Below are positions 28,940 to 36,114 of a stretch of 64,000 bases of DNA, in pieces. The DNA comes from Deltaproteobacteria bacterium. GTDB taxonomy: Bacteria > Myxococcota_A > Polyangia > Nannocystales > Nannocystaceae. The position numbers and the translations under genes were made by a program. Below the pieces are notes generated by a model. That model saw only the letters and a program-made list of their open reading frames with translations. It made no database searches and was not told the origin of the DNA. Location of the stretch: NCBI GenBank assembly GCA_016709225.1, contig JADJEE010000012.1, positions 2,307,630 through 2,371,629 of the forward strand, in the 5' to 3' direction. Every line of letters begins with the position of its first letter. Position 1 is the stretch's first letter.

Positions 28940-30832
28940 ATGCCAGGAGAGAAGACCCGAATCCTGCTGGTCGAGGACAACCCGGGTGATGCCGATCTCA
29001 CCATCGAGCGACTGCACGAGGCCGGTGTCGCAGAGTTCGAGATCCGCTGCGTCTCGACCCTGCGCGAGACCATGCGCGCGCTCGCAGCCGAGCCCACCGA
29101 TGCGGTGATCCTCGACCTCGACCTGCCCGACTCGCGGGGCATCGAGACCGTGTCTCGAGTGGTCGCGGCCGCTGGAACGGCGCCGGTGGTGGTGGTCTCG
29201 GGCTCGATCGACGAGAACCTGCATCGCGTCGCCCAGTCGGCCGGCGCGCACGACACGTACAGCAAGGACGAGATCCAGAGCCGACTGTTCCCACGCAGCC
29301 TGCTGCACGTGGTCGAGCGTCACCACGCCCGCGAGCGCCAGATGCAGATCGAGGCCCTGCTCGACACGACGCCCGACGCCATCCTGGTCTCCAACCGCGA
29401 GGGCATCGTGCGCTACGTGAACGAGGCGGCGTTGGGCCTGTTCTGCCGTCGCCGCGAGGACTTCATCGGCGAGCCGCTCGGCTTCTCCGTGCACGATGGC
29501 GAGTCGACCGAGATCCGCGTCGATACCGCTGGCGGCACGAAGTCGTGTGAGCTGCGCGTGGTTGCGTTCCAGTGGCAAGGTGAAGCGGCGTTCGTGGCGG
29601 TGATCCGCGACGTCACCCAGCGGAAGTACCTCGAGGCCCAGCTGCTCATGAACGATCGCCTGGTCTCGATGGGTACGCTCGCCGCCGGCGTTGCACACGA
29701 GATCAACAACCCGCTGGCGGCGGTGGTTGCCAACGTGACGGTTGCGATCGAGGAACTCTCGCACCTCATGCTGCGCCGCGACGTGATCGACGGCGTCATG
29801 GATGCCCTCCGCGACACCCGCGACGCCGCCGAGCAGATCCGTCAGATCGTGCGCGACCTGAAGGTCTACTCGCGCGCCGAGCCCGATGAGACCAGCTCGA
29901 CCGCCTTCGAGGTCCACCACATGCTCGACGCGGTCGCACGTCTGGCGTGGCATGAGGTTCGGCAGCGCGCCCGCCTGGTCAAGGACTACGGCGGCAAGTT
30001 GGTGGTGGTCGGCAACGAGTCGCGCATGAGCCAGGTCTTCCTCAACCTCGTGATCAACGCCGCGCAGGCGATCCCGGCGGGTGCCCCGGAATTCCACGAG
30101 ATCCGCATCCGCACCGCACGCGAAGGCGACGGCCGGGTCGTCGTCGAGGTTCGTGACACCGGCGCAGGCATTCCGCTCGAGGTGCGTCCGCGCCTGTTCA
30201 CGCCGTTCGTCACGACCAAGCCGATCGGCTCGGGCACCGGCTTGGGCCTGGCGATCTGCCAGCGCATCGTCACCGCCGCGGGCGGAAGGATCGACTACGA
30301 GAGTCAGCTCGGGGTCGGCACGTCGTTCTTCGTACGCCTGCAGGCCGTCGACGACGCGGCGGCGAGGGCCGCCGACGTCGAGGGCCGCGGTCACGACGAT
30401 GGCCCACCGCCGGCCGCGGCGCTGCGCCCCACGAAGCGCGGCCGCGTGCTCGCGATCGACGACGAGGCGTTGGTGCTCACGACCCTCGAGCGCGCGCTCG
30501 GTCGCGTGCACGAGGTCGTCTGCGAGAGCCGTGCAACCAACGCGCTGGCGCGGATCGAGGCCGGCGAGCGCTTCGACGTCATCCTGTGCGACATCATGAT
30601 GCCCGAGATGACCGGGATCGAGTTCGCGACCGCGCTCGAGATCTCGGTGCCGGAGCAGGCGCAGCGCATCGTCTTCGTCACCGGCGGCGCCCTGCAGGCC
30701 GACGCGCAGAACTTCCTCGAACAGACCGAGTACATCCGCATCGAGAAGCCGTTCGATCTGTCGATGCTGCGAGCAGTGATGCAGCGGTTCTTGGCCGTTG
30801 GATTCGGCGACCAGGTCGTTGGCGACGCGTGA
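28940..30832 (+). CDS. Hybrid sensor histidine kinase (REC-PAS-HisKA-HATPase-REC)
   Basis: N-terminal receiver (ILLVEDNPGD...ILDLDLPDSRG), then PAS, then the H-box (LAAGVAHEINNPL) and ATPase (DTGAGIP, GSGTGLGLAICQRIV), then a C-terminal receiver (VLAIDDE...ILCDIMMPEMTG). Confidence 0.9.
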   Translation: MPGEKTRILLVEDNPGDADLTIERLHEAGVAEFEIRCVSTLRETMRALAAEPTDAVILDLDLPDSRGIETVSRVVAAAGTAPVVVVSGSIDENLHRVAQSAGAHDTYSKDEIQSRLFPRSLLHVVERHHARERQMQIEALLDTTPDAILVSNREGIVRYVNEAALGLFCRRREDFIGEPLGFSVHDGESTEIRVDTAGGTKSCELRVVAFQWQGEAAFVAVIRDVTQRKYLEAQLLMNDRLVSMGTLAAGVAHEINNPLAAVVANVTVAIEELSHLMLRRDVIDGVMDALRDTRDAAEQIRQIVRDLKVYSRAEPDETSSTAFEVHHMLDAVARLAWHEVRQRARLVKDYGGKLVVVGNESRMSQVFLNLVINAAQAIPAGAPEFHEIRIRTAREGDGRVVVEVRDTGAGIPLEVRPRLFTPFVTTKPIGSGTGLGLAICQRIVTAAGGRIDYESQLGVGTSFFVRLQAVDDAAARAADVEGRGHDDGPPPAAALRPTKRGRVLAIDDEALVLTTLERALGRVHEVVCESRATNALARIEAGERFDVILCDIMMPEMTGIEFATALEISVPEQAQRIVFVTGGALQADAQNFLEQTEYIRIEKPFDLSMLRAVMQRFLAVGFGDQVVGDA

Positions 30833-30893
30833 GCCGCGAGGCGCCGGGCCACAGAGGTCGCGGGTGAACGCCTTCGCGTTCGCACTTTGGGCG

Positions 30894-31697
30894 TCAGCCG
30901 TCGCCCGCGGCGTCGGGCAGGCAGTACGCCGTGTCGCCGACCGGCGTGCAGACGTCGGTACCGTCGCACGACGGCACCTCGAGATCGCAGCTCGGCGCGC
31001 AGACGGCGACGACCATGGGCTCGATCACCGCGCAGGTCCCCGTGCCCGCGCACTCGGGCTCGGAGCTACTGCCGCGGCACTGCTCGACACACACGCCCGT
31101 CGACGCCTCGGCGTCGAGCACCCAACAGAAGGCACCGAACGCACAGTCGTCGACGCCGCTTTGCGGCTGGCCCTCGACGTGACACGGCTCGCCGATGTCG
31201 CTGGCGTCGGGCTGCACGGGGCTGCAGCGCGCCCGGTTCCAGGTGTCGCCGCCGTCGTTCGCCCACGGCTGGCACTTCTCGTCCGCGGGGCAATCCTGCG
31301 CGAACACGTCGCACTCCACCAACGCGCCACCGAGATCCGGTGCGCCATAGATGAAGCCACCCGCGGTCATGTCGGTGTCGAGCTCGGAGGTCGACGAGTC
31401 GACGCCGCTGTCCGAGAGCGTGGAGGCCGAGCCCTCGGTCGCCGTCGGCGCGCTCGTGCTCGACATGCCCTGCGTCGCATCGCCAGCCGAGGTCTCCGTG
31501 CCGGCGGAATCGCCCCCCGAGTCGCCGCCCTGCGGTTCTCCGCAGGCGAACAACATCGTCGAGATCGCCACCACCGCGATCGCCGGTGCAGAGGCCACGA
31601 CGACGCGGCCCACCGGTGCACGACAGAACGGACACACCAACTCGCGCATCGCCACGTGCCGCCGACACCCACCACACCGCTGCATGATCTCACCCAT
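30894..31697 (-). CDS. Bitopic Cys-rich protein: N-terminal zinc-ribbon, one TM helix, extracytoplasmic Cys-rich (EGF-like) domain
   Basis: QRCGGCRRHVAMRELVCPFCRAP (CxxC...CxxC ribbon) is followed by the TM helix VVVASAPAIAVVAISTMLF and then a periplasmic domain with about 24 Cys in repeated C..C..C patterns. The ATG overlaps the stop of the upstream radical SAM gene. Confidence 0.6.
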   Translation of the reverse strand: MGEIMQRCGGCRRHVAMRELVCPFCRAPVGRVVVASAPAIAVVAISTMLFACGEPQGGDSGGDSAGTETSAGDATQGMSSTSAPTATEGSASTLSDSGVDSSTSELDTDMTAGGFIYGAPDLGGALVECDVFAQDCPADEKCQPWANDGGDTWNRARCSPVQPDASDIGEPCHVEGQPQSGVDDCAFGAFCWVLDAEASTGVCVEQCRGSSSEPECAGTGTCAVIEPMVVAVCAPSCDLEVPSCDGTDVCTPVGDTAYCLPDAAGDG

Positions 31698-33055
31698 CAC
31701 GTTGCCATCCCTTCGAGTCCATCCTCGGAGACACCGAGTTCGATTGTGTGACCCGGCCCCGAAGGGTCGCGGTCGCGTCCGGTGCGGGGCTCATCGATCT
31801 GCACCGGCCCGGCGGCCCGCAGCGCCGGATCGGTGTGCTCGCGAATCAAGCGGAAGAGGCCGTGCGCGAAGGCCTCTGGGCCCGCCGCCGCAACCTGTTC
31901 GACGCGCTCGCGCAGCCCCATGCGGTCGAGCTCGAGCGCGCGATGATGACAGTAGGGGTTGTTGCCGGGGCGCCCGAGCAACGGCTCGCTGGTCGCCGTG
32001 CAGCCGGCCATGCAAGTCGAGGCGTAGTAGCACTCGCGGCAGTAGCCCCACAGGTCGTCGAGCGTGCGGCGCTCCACGTAACGCATCGGCTCCGCGCCTT
32101 CCCACAGCGCGCGCAGCCCGTGCTCGCGCCAGCTGCCCCCGGTGTTGGTCGGCCCGCCCAGGCTCGGACAGCTCTTGATCGCGCCGTCGGCTTCGATGCC
32201 GATGCCGGTGAGGCCGGCCTGACAGCCACGATAGTGGGCGCCCTGGTTCTGCGACTGGCGCAGCTCGTGCTCGACCGGGCCGAAGTAGCCGAGGTTGTTG
32301 CCCGGCCAGATCCGGATGCCGCGTGCGCGTGCGCGCGGGATCATCTCGTCGAGCATCGCGAAGACCTCGAGCAGGTCGTAGGGCTGCAGCAACAGCTCGG
32401 GGTGATCCGCTGCGTTGCCGTGCGGCATCGTCAAGAACATCTGCCACGCGCGCACCCCCGCGTCGGCGAGCAGCTCGGCGAGCGCGGGCAGATCGTGGCG
32501 GCTCTTGGCGTTGATCTGGCTGTTCGCCCCCGTCGAGATGCCCGCGGCCTGGGCATGGCGGAGCGCCGCAAAGGCGCGGCGCCATCCGCCGGGCGTGCCG
32601 CGCAGCGCGTCGTGGCTGGCTTCGAGCCCGTCGATCGACACCGACACGAACTGCAGACCAGCCTCGACCAGCGCGTCCGCACGGGCGCGAGTGAGATTGA
32701 GCCCACCGGTGACCATCGATGCCTTCATGCCGGCCTGCCGAATCGCCCGGATCACGAGCAACACGTCGGCACGCAGGTAGGCCTCGCCGCCGATCAGGTC
32801 GACCTCACCGACACCGAGCTGGGCGAGCTCTTCGACGAGCTTCAACGCCTCGTCGGTGGTGAGCTCGTCGGGTCGAGCACGACCCGCGCGTGGCCCACAC
32901 GCGACGCACTTCTGATCGCACGCGAGCGTGAACTCCCAGACCGCGAGCTTCGGCGTCGGTCGCTCGCCCGGCGCCAGCGGTCGAGCCCAACGCGTACCCG
33001 AACGCGGCAACGATGCGACGATGGGAAGCCGACGCCGCATCTGCTCGAACCCCAT
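31697..33055 (-). CDS. Radical SAM enzyme with a C-terminal SPASM domain (peptide/protein-modifying maturase family)
   Basis: CxxxCxxC (LACDQKCVACG) plus the SAM-binding GGE-like motif (DLIGGEAYL). The C-terminal SPASM cysteines are present (CPSLGG...GYCRECYYASTCMAGC...NNPYC). Candidate starts are a GTG at 33088 and ATGs at 33055 or 33040. Confidence 0.85.
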   Translation of the reverse strand: MGFEQMRRRLPIVASLPRSGTRWARPLAPGERPTPKLAVWEFTLACDQKCVACGPRAGRARPDELTTDEALKLVEELAQLGVGEVDLIGGEAYLRADVLLVIRAIRQAGMKASMVTGGLNLTRARADALVEAGLQFVSVSIDGLEASHDALRGTPGGWRRAFAALRHAQAAGISTGANSQINAKSRHDLPALAELLADAGVRAWQMFLTMPHGNAADHPELLLQPYDLLEVFAMLDEMIPRARARGIRIWPGNNLGYFGPVEHELRQSQNQGAHYRGCQAGLTGIGIEADGAIKSCPSLGGPTNTGGSWREHGLRALWEGAEPMRYVERRTLDDLWGYCRECYYASTCMAGCTATSEPLLGRPGNNPYCHHRALELDRMGLRERVEQVAAAGPEAFAHGLFRLIREHTDPALRAAGPVQIDEPRTGRDRDPSGPGHTIELGVSEDGLEGMAT

Positions 33056-33143
33056 CGATGACGATGGTGAACGCGCCACCGGGATCACGCAAGCGTTTTG
33101 TTCGCTAAGTTGGCAAAGCTTGAGTTGGTTCGCAGTCCGCCGC

Positions 33144-33160
33144 GAACTTTCGAAAAGTTC
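33144..33160. promoter_or_regulatory. Inverted repeat GAACTTTcgaAAAGTTC in the AT-rich promoter region of the radical SAM operon
   Basis: 7-bp perfect arms with a 3-nt spacer. It sits inside the only low-GC stretch of the window (about 33085-33230), 60-100 nt upstream of the radical SAM start. Confidence 0.3.
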
Positions 33161-33424
33161 ATGCGATAGGCCTCACAAAGTCGGAGATCTTTTTGCGGAT
33201 CGGCAGGCGACGCGGCCGGTCTATCCGTCCCGCGGCAGCGGGGGTCTGCCATCGGCCCTCGCAAGCTCGCGCCCGCGCATCGGGACCGACGGTGCGATCG
33301 CGAACGCGGGCCCGATGAACTCGACCGACCCGCGAAGCTGTGGTGTCGCCGTGGGGGCAGCGACCTCGCGCGCTCGCGAGGATGCGTGCACGCGAGGATC
33401 ACATCGTGCCGTACGAGCAGTTCA

Positions 33425-33458
33425 CCTTCGCTTGTGTCCGCGCGGACACAAGCGAAGG
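33425..33458. promoter_or_regulatory. Perfect 34-bp palindrome ccttcgcttgtgtccgcg|cggacacaagcgaagg
   Basis: The reverse complement is identical to the sequence, with no loop. It lies 56 nt upstream of the lipoprotein ATG (33514) in the divergent intergenic region. There is no U-tract, so a terminator is unlikely and an operator is more plausible. Confidence 0.45.
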
Positions 33459-33513
33459 CGCACGTGCGGATCGCGGCACCGACGGACGAGCGCTGATAAC
33501 CTCGGCGACGCTG

Positions 33514-35811
33514 ATGCTCGGATCTCGCGCCGCCATTCTCCTCGTCGCGTTCTCCTTCGGCTGCCACTCCGACGGCGGCGGCACGGCCGTCGGCGACAGC
33601 ACCGGCACCACCGCGGCGGGATCGACCTCCACCACCGCGGGCAGCAGCGACGCCGCCAGCGACAGCGGCGGCGGCACGCCCATCGATCCCGAGTCGCTCG
33701 GCCACAGCTGCGTGGTCGTGCGGGGCGGTGACACCTGGCTCGCGCGCAGCGGCGATGCGTTCGGCTTCTCCGCGACCGCGGCCGCCGACGCCACATCATT
33801 CCGCCTGCAGCCGTCGGACCTCGCGACCTACCTGCTCTACGACGCCGAGCGCGGCTACCTCGTGGCCGAGGACGGCCCCTTGCTGCGCCAGACCCAGCTC
33901 GAGTCGGACCTCACGCGGGTCGATGACGATTACGTCTCGGGCGCCGAGTGGATCGTCGAACCCGCCGCCGGTGCGACCGTGCACCTGCGCAACCGTCGAA
34001 CCGATCGCCTGCTCGGCGCGAGCGGACTGGTCGACGACGAGGCCAGCGCGCTGGCGATTGCGCTCGATGCCGGCGACGGCTGCACCGACCACCCCGAGCT
34101 CACGCTCGACGCCACCGGCACCCCCACCAAGACCACCTTCGACGACGGCACCGTCTACGGCATCGTCGACACGCACTCGCACATCCTCTCGAACTTCGGC
34201 TTCGGCGGCGGCGGCATCTTCCACGGCGCGCCGTTCCACCGCTTGGGCATCGAGCATGCGCTCGCCGACTGTGCGCCATTCCACGGCGAGAACGGTCGCA
34301 AGGACTTCTTCGGCTACGCGTTCGACTCGGCGGGCGCCGACGGTGCCGACATCGCCTCGGTCATCCCCGATCTGATCGCCGGCTCGCTCTCGGTCGACGC
34401 CCACGCCACCGCCGGCTACCCCACGTTCACCGAGTGGCCCAGCGCGCCGACCCGGTCGACCCATCAGATGCAGTACTACAAGTGGCTCGAGCGCGCATGG
34501 CTGGGCGGGCTTCGGCTGGTCGTGCAGCACGCCACCACCAACTCGGCGATCTGCCACATGATCGCCGGCCAGGGCCTGCAGCCGGTGCGCTACTCGTGCG
34601 AAGACATGGTCGCCGTCGATCGCATCATCGACGAGACCTACGCGCTCGAGCGCTACATCGACGCGCAATCCGGCGGCAGCGGCAAGGGCTGGTTCCGCGT
34701 GGTCACGACCCCCGCCGACGCTCGCGAGGTGATCGCCGCCGGCAAGCTCGCCGTGGTGCTCGGCATCGAGACCTCGGATCTGTTCGACTGCCGGCTGGTG
34801 CCGCGCGAGGGCGGCCCGACCTGCGACGCCGACTTCCTGCGCGCACAGCTCGACGCCTACCGCGACCGCGGCGTGCGGGCGGTGTTCCCCGTGCACAAGT
34901 ACGACAACGCGTTCGGCCCCGGCGATGGCGACCGCGCGTTCATCGAGCTCGGCAACTTCTTCAACTCCGGTCACTGGTCGAACTTCACGCAGGAGTGCCC
35001 GGCGGAGCGCCCGGCTCGCTTCGACAACGGTGACGTGCAGTTCGGCGGCCTCAACATGCCGCGCGAGCAGTTCGATGCGCCGCCGCCGAACGACTTCAGC
35101 AACTTCCCGGGCGCACCGCTGGCGACCGCCCTGCCCTACATCAACGCGATCTCGGCGCCTGCGCTGGTCGGCGACTACTGCCAGAACGCGAGCATGACGA
35201 CGCTCGGCGAGACGCTCATGCGCGAGATGATGCTGCGCGGGATGATCATCGAGATCGATCACTTGCCGCAGTGGTCGTACCAGCGGGCCTTCGAGCTGCT
35301 CGAGGAGAACGACTACCCCGCGGTCGGCTCGCACGGCGGCACCTACGACGGCCGGCTCTACGAGCTCGGCGGCGTGTCGAAGACCGGCCTCGGCGAGTGC
35401 CGCGAAGACACCCCCGGCGCGATGACGCAGCGCCTGCGCGATCGCATCGAAGAGATCGTCGCGCATGGTGGCTATCCCGCCGAGGGCTTCGGCTTCGACC
35501 TCAACGGCTTCGCCGGCGCGCCCGGTGGGCGCTTCGAGGCCGGCGCCTGCGCGACGGCACAGGCCGATCCCGTCACCTACCCGTTCACGTCCTTCGCCGG
35601 CGACGTCGAGTTCACGCAGCCGATGCTCGGCGAGCGCGTCGTCGACTACGCCAACGAGGGCTTCGTACACATTGGGATGCTGCCCGAGATGCTCGAGGAC
35701 GCCCGCCGCGACGCCACCTCCGACGACGACCTCGAGCCGCTGTTCCACTCCGCCGAGGGCTACCTCCGCATGTGGGAGCGGGCCGAGCAGCGCGCGGGCG
35801 AGCTGCAGTGA
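33514..35811 (+). CDS. Large secreted lipoprotein, putative metal-dependent hydrolase (membrane-dipeptidase-like TIM barrel?)
   Basis: Lipobox LVAFSFGCHSDGGG. Motifs IVDTHSHILSN, VFPVHKYDNAFG and LDAYRDRGVR are present. The 766-aa product is the C-terminal part of track ORF 33340..35811. Confidence 0.65.
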   Translation: MLGSRAAILLVAFSFGCHSDGGGTAVGDSTGTTAAGSTSTTAGSSDAASDSGGGTPIDPESLGHSCVVVRGGDTWLARSGDAFGFSATAAADATSFRLQPSDLATYLLYDAERGYLVAEDGPLLRQTQLESDLTRVDDDYVSGAEWIVEPAAGATVHLRNRRTDRLLGASGLVDDEASALAIALDAGDGCTDHPELTLDATGTPTKTTFDDGTVYGIVDTHSHILSNFGFGGGGIFHGAPFHRLGIEHALADCAPFHGENGRKDFFGYAFDSAGADGADIASVIPDLIAGSLSVDAHATAGYPTFTEWPSAPTRSTHQMQYYKWLERAWLGGLRLVVQHATTNSAICHMIAGQGLQPVRYSCEDMVAVDRIIDETYALERYIDAQSGGSGKGWFRVVTTPADAREVIAAGKLAVVLGIETSDLFDCRLVPREGGPTCDADFLRAQLDAYRDRGVRAVFPVHKYDNAFGPGDGDRAFIELGNFFNSGHWSNFTQECPAERPARFDNGDVQFGGLNMPREQFDAPPPNDFSNFPGAPLATALPYINAISAPALVGDYCQNASMTTLGETLMREMMLRGMIIEIDHLPQWSYQRAFELLEENDYPAVGSHGGTYDGRLYELGGVSKTGLGECREDTPGAMTQRLRDRIEEIVAHGGYPAEGFGFDLNGFAGAPGGRFEAGACATAQADPVTYPFTSFAGDVEFTQPMLGERVVDYANEGFVHIGMLPEMLEDARRDATSDDDLEPLFHSAEGYLRMWERAEQRAGELQ

Positions 35812-36114
35812 GCGACGCTGAGGCCGTCGCCCGCCGGGACATGACCGCCCGCGTCGGCGCAAAGCCAGCGCGGGGACCCACCTTCCCGACCGCCGATCGC
35901 GTGCGGGCGACTTGCGCCTAAACGATGGTTTGATCGCGAGGATCTGGTTTGTGGCCGAGCGGCCATCGACGCATGCGAGCCGCCGGAGATCGACGCTGCC
36001 CACGTCGTCGAGCATCGACCTCACGCGCGCACGCTACCATCGTCAACGCGCGGCGAGGTTTGCCCGCGCTCGGGACCCGCTCCGATCCACTGCGGGCATC
36101 ACCAGGGGGTAGCG

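Noticed and set aside
33085-33230. Sigma-54 promoter in the AT-rich region (TTGGCA...TTG)
   Set aside because: The spacing between the GG and GC elements does not fit the -24/-12 consensus on either strand.
31697-35811. Radical SAM/SPASM enzyme as an anaerobic sulfatase-maturating enzyme acting on the neighbouring lipoprotein
   Set aside because: The lipoprotein has an isolated S-A-P-T-R pentapeptide but lacks the sulfatase N-terminal fold motifs and the CxPxRxxxLTG context. The maturase is translationally coupled to the Cys-rich protein instead.
33796-36024. 742-aa minus-strand ORF
   Set aside because: It is fully antisense to the lipoprotein gene 33514..35811. The composition is Arg/Ala/Gly-rich with no domain signatures.
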